A stretch of 64,000 nt of DNA from SAR324 cluster bacterium (lineage in GTDB: Bacteria; SAR324; NAC60-12), in NCBI GenBank assembly GCA_015232315.1, contig JADFZZ010000001.1, positions 208,835 to 272,834 on the forward strand, written 5' to 3'. Under the pieces are notes generated by a model. That model was not told the DNA's origin. It saw only the letters and a program-made list of their open reading frames with translations, and did not search any database. This document shows positions 48,471 through 57,879 of the stretch, one piece after another. Position numbers and translations under genes: made by a program. The first letter of the stretch is position 1. Each line of letters begins with the position of its first letter.

Positions 48471-48650
48471 GTGCACCGTTCAAAATCAGTCACAAGTACT
48501 TTACAGTTTGCCGGTGTCATCCCGACAGAGCGAGGTATGAGCGACGAGGGATCTTGAAGCGTGGTGAACCGGATCGCTTCTTCGTCGAGATGACAAACTG
48601 TCAACCGTGATTTGAAAAGTGCCAAAGATTTCAGTGATTTTTCAGAGCAT
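48471..48650. repeat. family-2 palindromic repeat, inverted copy
   Basis: Reverse complement of 21571..21763 at about 90% identity. Confidence 0.6.
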
Positions 48651-48708
48651 CTCTTTTTCAACGTTCAGTGATCCCCGTCAACCACTGACCTTTGCGTTAT
48701 GAAACAAC

Positions 48709-49815
48709 ATGTTTGATCGGCGTCTGATCTCCAATTTTGACTGGTTCCTGATTTTTATGCTGATCGTTATTTGCGCAATAGGCATGGTAGCGATGTATTC
48801 TGCGACCACAGGAGATCCGGTCATGCTGTTGTACCGCAAACGGCAATTGTACTGGATCCTGGTAGGATTTGGCGTGATATTGTTCACCATCCTGATTGAT
48901 TACCGGTTTTTTGTAAGCCTTGGATACATTGTTCATGGCATGGTTATCGGCTTGCTGGTCCTGGTTTCCATGTTCGGAACAGGAGGACCCGGATCTCCGG
49001 TAGAACGCTGGCTGGCTGTTGGCCCTGTGTTTATCCAGCCTTCGGAGTTTGCCAAATTTTCTTTGGTGTTGGCCTTGGCCTATTATTTCAGGGAGGGACG
49101 TCGTATTGGCGATTTGCGCTGGATCAATCTGCTTTGGCCGGCCCTGCTTCTGGGGGTTCCGTTTATTTTGATTCTGCGCCAGCCTGACCTGGGAACAGCT
49201 CTCATGCTGGTCATTATTTTTGTGCCTATCATTTTTTTGGCTGGAATTCGTCTGAGCTCCATGTTTTCGACCCTGGCACTCAGTCTGGTGTGTTTGCCCA
49301 TCGCCTGGTTCTATGTTCTCAAACCCTACCAGAAAGACCGTGTTCTTACGTTTCTTAACCCTGACCGTGATCCCTTGGGAACAGGCTATCATGTGATCCA
49401 GTCCAAAATCGCGGTTGGTAGCGGCCAATTCTGGGGTAAAGGATTTGGTGGCGGAACTCAGGGACAACTCAATTTTTTGCCGGCTCATCATACCGATTTT
49501 ATTTTTTCAGTATTTTCAGAAGAATGGGGTTTTGTCGGCGCTGTGAGTGTGTTGGTCGTGTTTCTGCTGTTTGCGTTGTGGGCACTTTCCAATGTGTTGA
49601 AAACCAAAGACCGGATCAGCGCGATATTGACCGTCGGGATCGTGGTGATTATTACCTCACAGGTCACCATCAATATCGGCATGGTTCTGGGGCTGATGCC
49701 TGTGGTCGGAGTTCCCCTTCCGTTTTTCAGTTATGGGGGTTCTTCCATGCTGTCCATGATGTTTGGCGTGGGTTTGTTGTTAAATATCCGTATGAGACGA
49801 TTTCAATATAATTAA
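48709..49815 (+). CDS. SEDS-family peptidoglycan glycosyltransferase RodA/FtsW
   Basis: Ten predicted TM segments; SEFAKF, PDLGTA, FLPAHHTDFIFSV motifs. Confidence 0.8.
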   Translation: MFDRRLISNFDWFLIFMLIVICAIGMVAMYSATTGDPVMLLYRKRQLYWILVGFGVILFTILIDYRFFVSLGYIVHGMVIGLLVLVSMFGTGGPGSPVERWLAVGPVFIQPSEFAKFSLVLALAYYFREGRRIGDLRWINLLWPALLLGVPFILILRQPDLGTALMLVIIFVPIIFLAGIRLSSMFSTLALSLVCLPIAWFYVLKPYQKDRVLTFLNPDRDPLGTGYHVIQSKIAVGSGQFWGKGFGGGTQGQLNFLPAHHTDFIFSVFSEEWGFVGAVSVLVVFLLFALWALSNVLKTKDRISAILTVGIVVIITSQVTINIGMVLGLMPVVGVPLPFFSYGGSSMLSMMFGVGLLLNIRMRRFQYN

Positions 49816-49831
49816 AACTTTCAGGAAGTAT

Positions 49832-51268
49832 ATGGTTCGTACACGTTTTGCGCCAAGCCCAACCGGATACCTTCATGTCGGGGGATTGCGCACCGCATTA
49901 TTCAGTTTCCTGTATGCCCGACAACAGCAGGGATCATTTCTTTTCAGACTGGAAGATACAGACCGGAATCGACTGGTTGAGGGGGCTGAGGAAGACTTGA
50001 TTGCCATGCTGAAATGGGCTGGCATTACTCCTGACGAAGGACCTGGCGTTGGTGGCGATTATGGCCCCTATAAACAGTCAGAACGGCTGGAAATCTATGC
50101 CCGACACGCACAGATTCTGCTGGACAAAGGCCATGCGTATCCCTGTTTTTGCAGTGCTGAACGGCTGGAACAGGTGAAAACGGAACAAAAAGCTCAAGGA
50201 TTGATTTCCCGCTATGATGGACATTGCCGTAATTTGCCACGTGATGCAGGTTTGACACGCATAGAATCAGGAGAGCCTTATGTGATCCGCATGAAAATTC
50301 CTGAAAATGAAACAATCCTGATGGAAGACCTGATTCGTGATAAAGTTGCCATCAACTCAGAACAGATTGATGACCAGGTGCTGATCAAAACCGACCGTTT
50401 CCCAACCTATCACATGGCGGTTGTGGTGGATGATCACCTCATGCGGATTACCCATGTGATCCGTGGTGAGGAATGGTTGCCTTCCTTTCCCAAGCATCTG
50501 CTACTGTATCGTTATTTTGGCTGGGAACCACCACAGTTTGCCCATCTTCCCCTGATTCTGAATACCGATCGTTCCAAGTTGAGTAAACGTCAGGGCAGTG
50601 TGTCGGTTGAAGACTTTCGTAAGGAAGGCTATCTGTCGCAGACCATGGTCAATTTTATCGCATTACTGGGCTGGAATCCCGGTGACGCGCAGGAATTGTT
50701 CAGCATGGAACAACTGATTGAACGATTCAGTTTTGAACGGGTGGGTAAATCAGGATCCGTGTTTGACAGGGAGAAACTGAACTGGATGAATCAGCAATAT
50801 ATCAAAAAACTGTCTCCGGAGGAGTTATGGGACGCGTTAGCTCCTTATATTCAGACCACTCCATTTGCGGGGGAATCGCCGGATCGTCTGAAAAAAGTAT
50901 GTCAGATTGCTCAGAACAGTCTGACACAGCTTAAAGATATTCAGAATTCGCTATCGTTGTTTTTTGAAGATCGGGGCAGTACTCTGTCTGATCCGGTTTT
51001 GATTGAGTTCCTGAAAAAAGAAGAATCACGAGTGGTGCTGAAGGCCTTTCTGGAACAGACTGAAACGCTGGAAACACTGGAAGACAGCAACTTTGCTGAA
51101 GTGATGAAACAAATTCAAAAAATAACAGGTATCAAAGGAAAAAATTTGTGGTTGCCAATGCGTTACGCCATCACTCAGGTTGAACAAGGACCCGATCTGC
51201 ATTTAATGGTGGGGGTTTATGGGAAAAACAAGTGCAGGAAGATGGTGGAGTATGCGCTGGGTCTCTAA
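49832..51268 (+). CDS. gltX: glutamate--tRNA ligase
   Basis: RFAPSPTGYLHVGGLRTALF (HIGH region) and KLSKRQG (KMSKS). Confidence 0.9.
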   Translation: MVRTRFAPSPTGYLHVGGLRTALFSFLYARQQQGSFLFRLEDTDRNRLVEGAEEDLIAMLKWAGITPDEGPGVGGDYGPYKQSERLEIYARHAQILLDKGHAYPCFCSAERLEQVKTEQKAQGLISRYDGHCRNLPRDAGLTRIESGEPYVIRMKIPENETILMEDLIRDKVAINSEQIDDQVLIKTDRFPTYHMAVVVDDHLMRITHVIRGEEWLPSFPKHLLLYRYFGWEPPQFAHLPLILNTDRSKLSKRQGSVSVEDFRKEGYLSQTMVNFIALLGWNPGDAQELFSMEQLIERFSFERVGKSGSVFDREKLNWMNQQYIKKLSPEELWDALAPYIQTTPFAGESPDRLKKVCQIAQNSLTQLKDIQNSLSLFFEDRGSTLSDPVLIEFLKKEESRVVLKAFLEQTETLETLEDSNFAEVMKQIQKITGIKGKNLWLPMRYAITQVEQGPDLHLMVGVYGKNKCRKMVEYALGL

Positions 51269-52598
51269 GCATTTTTTAACTCCGCGATTCAGGCCGGTTA
51301 TGGCCTGTGCCTGCCTGATGATCGCCTGGTCTGCCAGTGTGCGGGCCGAAACGTTTTCTTCTGTTCCCGAAGCCATGGAACATGCGGCTACAGCCTTTTT
51401 CCAGCAAACAGACAAGCTTCCTGCCTTAAAACCACTGATTGTTGTGCTGAATATTGCCCCTCGACAGGCACAGCGTGATGAGATTTCCGAAAAACTGGAA
51501 AAAATATTAACAGATCAATTGATCCTGAAAAACAAACGTAGCATTATTCCCTTTGACAGATTGAATAGACTTCGTGCGGAATGGCTCAAAGTTTTTCCGC
51601 AAACCGGTCAGAGTGAAATTGCTTCAGAGCTTACCAGTCTGGTTGGCGCAGACTGGATCGTTCAGGGAGAGTATCGTCTCAAGGATGAGACACTTCTCTC
51701 GATTCACCTGGAATTGTTTGATGTGTTGACCGGTTCCATCTTGTGGAATATGGAACTGACCACAGCCATGGTATTTAAAATTCCTGAAGCAACCGCCAGG
51801 GTTGAACAACCTATCGAACAGGACACTCCTCTGGTCACTGTTCCCACCCCTGCTCTCGCGGAAATCGTTCCGGTGATTCCTGAACCTGAAACAGCCGTTG
51901 TTCCTATGGTTCTGATTCCAGCCGGCAATTATAGCATCGGCAGTAACAGCAACTATCCTGAAGAACAGCCTGTCCATGAGGTATTTCTGGACGCTTTCAT
52001 GATTGATATCCATGAAGTGACCAACGACGCTTTTTCGCGCTGCAAGACTTGTCAGAAAGGAACAGGGATTTTTGACACCACGAATCCTCTTCAACCTGTG
52101 GTGTATGTCGATTGGGAAAACGCAAATAATTACTGTGAATTTGTCGGAAAGAGGCTTCCCACTGAGGCTGAATGGGAAGTTGCCGCCAGATCGGGTAGCC
52201 CGGGAAAATATGCCTGGGGGGATGATGTCACACAACTGCGGGATTATGCCTGGTTTGCGGGGAATATGGATGAAAAACCGGGAGCGCATGATGTGTCAAT
52301 TCTCAAACCGAACAGTCTGGGAATTTACGACATGCAGGGCAATGTCATGGAATGGGTGATGGATTGGTTTGATCCCGCGTATTACCAGGTTTCAGATCCG
52401 ATGAATCCCAAAGGGCCGATGCAGGCTGTTTCAGAAGAATATCCGCTCAAAGGTGTCAGAGGTGGTGCCTGGGGTGGCGAATTTGGAACTGGCTCGGCAG
52501 AAAATATGAGAGTGGCACACAGGATGGGATTGGCACCCTGGACTCGGGCATTTCATCTGGGATTCCGCTGTGTCAGAACTGGCACAACCGTTGAGTGA
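51252..52598 (+). CDS. secreted protein with C-terminal formylglycine-generating-enzyme (FGE-sulfatase/SUMF1) domain
   Basis: GGTGGAG RBS; signal peptide; C-terminal YAWGDD...GNVMEWV...RGGAWG...GFRCV. N-terminal region of about 200 aa unassigned. Confidence 0.65.
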   Translation: MRWVSKHFLTPRFRPVMACACLMIAWSASVRAETFSSVPEAMEHAATAFFQQTDKLPALKPLIVVLNIAPRQAQRDEISEKLEKILTDQLILKNKRSIIPFDRLNRLRAEWLKVFPQTGQSEIASELTSLVGADWIVQGEYRLKDETLLSIHLELFDVLTGSILWNMELTTAMVFKIPEATARVEQPIEQDTPLVTVPTPALAEIVPVIPEPETAVVPMVLIPAGNYSIGSNSNYPEEQPVHEVFLDAFMIDIHEVTNDAFSRCKTCQKGTGIFDTTNPLQPVVYVDWENANNYCEFVGKRLPTEAEWEVAARSGSPGKYAWGDDVTQLRDYAWFAGNMDEKPGAHDVSILKPNSLGIYDMQGNVMEWVMDWFDPAYYQVSDPMNPKGPMQAVSEEYPLKGVRGGAWGGEFGTGSAENMRVAHRMGLAPWTRAFHLGFRCVRTGTTVE

Positions 52599-52602
52599 TT
52601 CC

Positions 52603-53922
52603 TCACATCGCAGGCTCCTCCATCTCACACCGCTCCAGAATGATCTCAAAACACATCTTTGAAGCTCCACTGGCTGACTCCACATACTCTCGCAATTGAT
52701 GTCCAATATTTTTTGTCAATTCTGGTGAACCCAGTAATTCATTGAATATTTTTCTGAACTCCTCCGTTGTTTCTACAGAAAATACCAGTCCCTGGGAAAT
52801 AAGATCCAGTGCTTCAGGCGCATTGTGATATTTTGGACCAAAGATCACGGGCACTCCCATGGCGCAAGGCTCCATAATGTTGTGGATTCCAGTGGTGAAG
52901 CCTCCGCCGATATAGGCCAGATGTCCCTTGTGATAAAGGGATGAAAGAACTCCAACTGTATCGACCAGCACCACTCGTGCGTCTGTGTTTTGAGTGTGCC
53001 ATTGTGACCAGCGGACAGGTTTCCAAGCTTGAAACATCTGTTCCAGGGGGGCCAGATGTGATTCTGTGGGTTCATGTGGCACCATGATCACCATCAACCG
53101 GGAATTTTGTTTCAGGGATTCCAGCAAGACAGGCACCATGCACTTTTCATCCGGTGGCCAGGAGCTTCCCGCGATAAAAACAAACTGGTCATCACGGCAC
53201 GGCATGTGCGGAACCGGGATCCGGTCTCGCCGGTAAATGACGCTGTCTATGCGGGTGTTCCCGGCAATCAGCAATTGTTCAGGATTGGCTCCGGCATTTT
53301 CCAGCAACTGCCGGTCTGTTTCCGTGACTGTAAAAATCTGTTCCAGACAGGGATACAGGCTTTGAAAAAAAGACCGTCCCAGAAAAGAGTTCACTTTGCC
53401 TGAGTCAGGAGAGACGGAAGCAGAAACCAGGTATTGCGGAATGTTTTGCCGGTATGCTTCCCAGAGCAGATTAGGCCACAGGTCAAATTTGATATACACG
53501 ATAGCAGAAGGTTGGATCAAGGCCAGCAGACGACGCATGAAATAAGGGTAATCCAGTGGGAGATAATCACACATGACAGCGCCTCCGGTTTCACTGAAAT
53601 TGATTTTTTTCAACCATTTGAGAGCGTTGACAGAAGTGTAGGTGACAGCGAATTCCACATCATGCGTTTTGCACAATTCCATCAAGGGTTGTGCCTGAAG
53701 ATATTCTCCCGCGCTGGCGACATGAAACCAGATCAGCGGTTTTTTCCATTCACGCCGGGCAAGCTGGTTCCCGATACGCGTCCAGAGATCCTTGCGGCCT
53801 TGCAGGGATTCCCGGAGATTTTCAGATTTCATGGACACAATCTTGACCAGTATCCAGGCGACAGGCAGAAATAGAAGGTTGTATAGTGTGGACCAGAATT
53901 TCTGAAAGGGAGACAGTTTCAT
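52603..53922 (-). CDS. waaA: 3-deoxy-D-manno-octulosonic acid (Kdo) transferase WaaA/KdtA
   Basis: PLIWFHVASAGE N-terminal motif and glycosyltransferase-N/-1 architecture. Confidence 0.8.
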   Translation of the reverse strand: MKLSPFQKFWSTLYNLLFLPVAWILVKIVSMKSENLRESLQGRKDLWTRIGNQLARREWKKPLIWFHVASAGEYLQAQPLMELCKTHDVEFAVTYTSVNALKWLKKINFSETGGAVMCDYLPLDYPYFMRRLLALIQPSAIVYIKFDLWPNLLWEAYRQNIPQYLVSASVSPDSGKVNSFLGRSFFQSLYPCLEQIFTVTETDRQLLENAGANPEQLLIAGNTRIDSVIYRRDRIPVPHMPCRDDQFVFIAGSSWPPDEKCMVPVLLESLKQNSRLMVIMVPHEPTESHLAPLEQMFQAWKPVRWSQWHTQNTDARVVLVDTVGVLSSLYHKGHLAYIGGGFTTGIHNIMEPCAMGVPVIFGPKYHNAPEALDLISQGLVFSVETTEEFRKIFNELLGSPELTKNIGHQLREYVESASGASKMCFEIILERCEMEEPAM

Positions 53923-55334
53923 GCGAGTTTATTTTTAATGGAGGAATCGTTATTAAAAGCACTGGGCAGGATATTGAAGGGCAATACCTTGATCAGAATC
54001 GCGAGAACCACCGCACCTGCGGGTAACAGAAAAATGGCGATTGCCGGAATCGTTTTGAGAATATCCAGCAATTGCAGGCGCACCTTGACGACTTCTTCAT
54101 CGGTCAAAGGTTCAGAGGTTGCCTTGACCAGCAAAGAATACAGTTCCTGGGTTTCCTTGATTTCAATCATGATTTTGTCAAGGTTGTCTTTAATCTGATT
54201 CATGATTTTATTCTGGAATCGTTGTTGAAGCTGAGACACCATCGGGTTGTTCTTCAGAAATACAAAACGATGACTTTCCCTCGCAAAAAAAGCACCGACA
54301 GAATCATACATGATTTCCAGTTCATCAGAACTCATCTCGAGCATTCCGGCAATCCGTTCAATCATCATGCGCTCCTGGGTTACCTGCTGATTATCAATCA
54401 GCGAAAGCAGAATGGTGCGCTCAAGGAGATATTTTTTCAAAGGCATGGCCTTTATTTTGAAGTGCAAATCATCCAGTCCCATGGGTTCCTGGATGCGCTC
54501 CAGCATCAATTCCTGCAATTCATCCGGAAAATCAGCCTGTTTGATATACTGCTCCATCACATTCATTTCCACATCAGCCAGATAGCCGTCAGACCAGATC
54601 AAGGCACCAAATACAAGAATGATCTGCAATCGGAAATCAAATTCTTCGTCGAGTGTTTTTCTCAAATCTTTTTCTCCATCTTGTTCTATGAGAAGATTTG
54701 TCGTATACCACCGGAAAAAATAGAATAACTTGGGGAAAATAAAACTGTTTTGCAGTGATCCAATCTGTGACAGGCGCGGATCCTGAATGTGGACTTTGTT
54801 GATCAGTGTGTCTTCCAGCAGATGCAACAGCCTTTGGCATTCGGCATGATCAAACAATCGCAAAACGGGCAGATCCTTGTGGATCATCAGGCTTTTTTCC
54901 TCAGGAAGATAAAAACGCAGTATTTTTACAAGGATGTGTGCCATTCTGTTTTCATAAGTCAGCATCGGTTGAATCACAAGGGACTCACGCATTGGCACAA
55001 AAAACAGGGTTTCCAGATAAATAAACAGGGATCCCGAATCTTCCACCGGAAAATGCAGAGAGTGAACAGTCTCGCTTAGGGATTCATCAAGAATGGGGCA
55101 TCCATAAAAAATTCCGTTCTCCTGAACAACCGCATATAAAAAATCATCAAAGGGCAGCCAGTTGTCTGGTGAATTTTCAAAAAAATGATCATCAAAGGGA
55201 TTCAGCAGGCGAAAACGGAGATAGCGTTCAATCCAGCCATGTCCACTTTGCAACGGATGATTACGCTGGAAAAAAAACGCAATCGCGTTCCAGAATCTTC
55301 GCAGGATCTGCATTAAATGACTGAGTCGTTGCAT
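53919..55334 (-). CDS. hypothetical protein with C-terminal LETM1-like segment
   Basis: C-terminus IPAIAIFLLPAGAVVLAILIKVLPFNILPSAF resembles the LETM1 signature (...LPVAVKLFPNMLPSTFE). Overlaps the waaA start by 4 nt. Confidence 0.45.
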   Translation of the reverse strand: MQRLSHLMQILRRFWNAIAFFFQRNHPLQSGHGWIERYLRFRLLNPFDDHFFENSPDNWLPFDDFLYAVVQENGIFYGCPILDESLSETVHSLHFPVEDSGSLFIYLETLFFVPMRESLVIQPMLTYENRMAHILVKILRFYLPEEKSLMIHKDLPVLRLFDHAECQRLLHLLEDTLINKVHIQDPRLSQIGSLQNSFIFPKLFYFFRWYTTNLLIEQDGEKDLRKTLDEEFDFRLQIILVFGALIWSDGYLADVEMNVMEQYIKQADFPDELQELMLERIQEPMGLDDLHFKIKAMPLKKYLLERTILLSLIDNQQVTQERMMIERIAGMLEMSSDELEIMYDSVGAFFARESHRFVFLKNNPMVSQLQQRFQNKIMNQIKDNLDKIMIEIKETQELYSLLVKATSEPLTDEEVVKVRLQLLDILKTIPAIAIFLLPAGAVVLAILIKVLPFNILPSAFNNDSSIKNKLA

Positions 55335-55368
55335 TGAAGATTTAATCTCCAGAAAATGAAATGAGAAT

Positions 55369-56982
55369 ATGGGAAATATCGGTTTATTGAACTCCCAGCA
55401 ATTTTGTTGCCAGAAAAACTATTCATATGATGGATTCATGCTGAAAAAAATGATTTCACCCCTTTGTGGTCTGCGGATTGGTAAAGACTCAAGAATAACC
55501 GCTCCATGTTTTAACCCCGACCTGCTTCCTCCCGGTAAGGGTAGGCCTACTAAAATCCCCGTCTTTTTTCAAGGGGTTAGGGGGGCTTTCCGAAAAATAT
55601 TGGAAGTCTTTGTTTACGTGTTCCTGATCGGGATGGTCAATCCCTTTGCCGTTCAGGGGCAAACCATATTTCAGAATCTGGTCGTGGATTATGGTCAGAC
55701 GGTGGTGACTGACTTTGTGACCTATGCTGTTCAGGGGGAACGATATCCCCTGATGCATGCGATTTCAAAACTCAGATACCGTGTTCTTTCCGAAAAATTG
55801 AGTCTTACCAGTCCCGGCCAGACCAAAGCTTGTTCAGATTTCAGAAATCTGGGGACACCTGTGCCCGTTGATAAAAAGGATTTTTGTCAAAAATATGACC
55901 AGTTGGTTGATTTGTCAAAACAAGGATTAGCGAATCTTGATGCGTTTGAAGAAATGATACGGGTTTTAGAGACATGGCTCATTCGTGAAGTTGAACGGCA
56001 AAAAGCGTCAACAGCCATGAAGCGCTGGATTCAGCAAAAATTGAATTGCCTGGATGAGTTGACACGTTGTGGCAATGATGAGGGCGCCATGCTGACAAGA
56101 ATCTCAAAACGTGACCCTAACCTGCTGAGACTCTACCGCTTTACTCTGAAAAATCTCCACAAGAAACTTTTTCCAGTCATGCTGGATTCCCTTGCTCAGG
56201 GGGTTCCCGCAGATTCTCCCTGCATTTTTACAGGGAAATTGGGGAATCTTGTCGTTGAAAAAGGAATGGTTTTTATTCCTTATGGTGTGTTTTTAATGGG
56301 CAGCACGGAAGGTCGCGAAAATGAGCGACCGGTTCATGCGGTGGAACAGGATGGTTTCTGGATCGATCGCTGTGAAGTGACCAACGCCATGTTGCAGGAA
56401 TTTCTGGTGAAAGATCCTTATCTTCGTAAAAGTACCTTCCCCAGAAAATATCATGATGGTGAATACCTCCAGTTATGGGACGACGATTTGAAAATGCCCA
56501 AAACTCAGGACAACATGCCGGTTGTTTATGTATCCTGGTTTGCGGCTAATTATTATTGTCTCCAAACAGGAAAAAGACTCCCTTCGGAAGCAGAATGGGA
56601 AAGAGCTGCCCGGGGCAATGTGCTCACCCAGACAAATTATGGTCATGGCAATGATCTGGTTTTGTTGAAAAACTATGGATGGTTCAATGAAAATTCAGAA
56701 GGTTTTTTTCATGTTGTCGCCGATCTTGCCCCCAATGATTTTCAGCTATTTGATATGCATGGCAATGCCTGGGAATGGGTTTATGACTGGTATTCGCCAT
56801 ATTCCTCCGGCCGGGTGACCAATCCGCAGGGGCCCTCTGACGGCAAATACAGGGTGCTTCGTGGAGGCTCCTGGAAAAGTCCGGCCTTTCATCTCAGAAG
56901 CAGTATGCGTGGTGACGATTCCCCCATCAACACCAGTCCTGATGTCGGCTTTCGCTGCGCCACCGATTCACGCCCACGATAG
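55369..56982 (+). CDS. second FGE-sulfatase/SUMF1-domain protein with unrelated N-terminal region
   Basis: C-terminal FIPYGVFLMGS...RPVHAV...WFAANYYC...RVLRGGSW...GFRCA. An alternative ATG at 55438 is possible. Confidence 0.65.
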   Translation: MGNIGLLNSQQFCCQKNYSYDGFMLKKMISPLCGLRIGKDSRITAPCFNPDLLPPGKGRPTKIPVFFQGVRGAFRKILEVFVYVFLIGMVNPFAVQGQTIFQNLVVDYGQTVVTDFVTYAVQGERYPLMHAISKLRYRVLSEKLSLTSPGQTKACSDFRNLGTPVPVDKKDFCQKYDQLVDLSKQGLANLDAFEEMIRVLETWLIREVERQKASTAMKRWIQQKLNCLDELTRCGNDEGAMLTRISKRDPNLLRLYRFTLKNLHKKLFPVMLDSLAQGVPADSPCIFTGKLGNLVVEKGMVFIPYGVFLMGSTEGRENERPVHAVEQDGFWIDRCEVTNAMLQEFLVKDPYLRKSTFPRKYHDGEYLQLWDDDLKMPKTQDNMPVVYVSWFAANYYCLQTGKRLPSEAEWERAARGNVLTQTNYGHGNDLVLLKNYGWFNENSEGFFHVVADLAPNDFQLFDMHGNAWEWVYDWYSPYSSGRVTNPQGPSDGKYRVLRGGSWKSPAFHLRSSMRGDDSPINTSPDVGFRCATDSRPR

Positions 56983-57144
56983 GGGATAAACCACAATTTG
57001 CAGCACAAAAGAAGGCTGGTCTCATCTTGATAGTTGTGTCAAAATCGAAAATAAAAAATGGTTTTGAGGAGATCTTAACAGGAATCCCGCTTGAATTTTC
57101 AAACAAGTCTTTCTTATGAAGAAGTCACCAGAAAAAGGATTTTT

Positions 57145-57354
57145 ATGACTGAATTACTGGAACAGGTTATTTCAAGGGTGAAGGTTCTGCCTATAGATGA
57201 TCAAAATCGTCTGGCGGCCATTCTATTGGAAGAAATATCTGATAATCAACGGTGGAATGAATTGTTCGGAAAATCACAAAACAAACTCGCTCAACTGGCC
57301 AATGAAGCTTTGGACGAATTTCACCATGGAGAGACAACCCCATTGGAATTATGA
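57145..57354 (+). CDS. type II antitoxin (small helical protein)
   Basis: AAGGA RBS; 69 aa; stop overlaps the downstream toxin start by 4 nt. Confidence 0.5.
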   Translation: MTELLEQVISRVKVLPIDDQNRLAAILLEEISDNQRWNELFGKSQNKLAQLANEALDEFHHGETTPLEL

Positions 57355-57620
57355 AATCGCGTGCGACCAAACGCTTTTGGAAATGTTTTGAACGACTGCC
57401 TCAAGAAATTCAGAAGCAGGCCCGTGAAACATACCGGAAATGGCAAGAAGACGCTTTTTATCCCAGCCTGGATTTTAAACAGATACATGCTGTAGAACTT
57501 GTTTACTCTGTCAGAATTGGCAGGGGATGGCGAGCTGTCGGAGTAAAAGAACACGACACGATAATTTGGTTTTGGATAGGTTCACATGAAGAGTACAATA
57601 ATTTGATCGCACAAATATAA
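57351..57620 (+). CDS. RelE/ParE-superfamily toxin
   Basis: 89 aa with ...VYSVRIGRGWRAVGVKEHDTIIWFWIGSHEEY... typical RelE/ParE-fold pattern. Confidence 0.55.
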   Translation: MKSRATKRFWKCFERLPQEIQKQARETYRKWQEDAFYPSLDFKQIHAVELVYSVRIGRGWRAVGVKEHDTIIWFWIGSHEEYNNLIAQI

Positions 57621-57763
57621 AGCTGTCTCACACTACACTGAAGTTGACTCCACACCCCGGGCAGACCTGTTGCCAACGGTCAATAATTTGATCGCACAAA
57701 TATAAAGCTGTCTCACACTACACTGAAGTTGATTCCACACCAGTCAGACCTGTTGCCAACGGT
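57596..57763 (+). repeat. tandem direct duplication (85 bp + 83 bp) that includes the last 25 nt of the toxin gene
   Basis: Copy 1 at 57596..57680, copy 2 at 57681..57763; about 95% identity with one 2-nt indel. Confidence 0.8.
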
Positions 57764-57812
57764 CATTAGAGATCATGTTCCTGATTTCTGAAAAACGCCT
57801 CTGTATTCCAGA

Positions 57813-57827
57813 TGGTATGGGGATTGC
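57813..57827 (+). promoter_or_regulatory. candidate sigma-54 (-24/-12) promoter upstream of flgF
   Basis: TGGTATGGGGATTGC fits TGGCAC-N5-TTGC (GG and GC correctly spaced); about 53 nt upstream of the flgF ATG. Confidence 0.45.
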
Positions 57828-57879
57828 TTTTCTTGTTGCTACGCTCACAAATCAGTCAATTTTTACTTGAAAGGTATTT

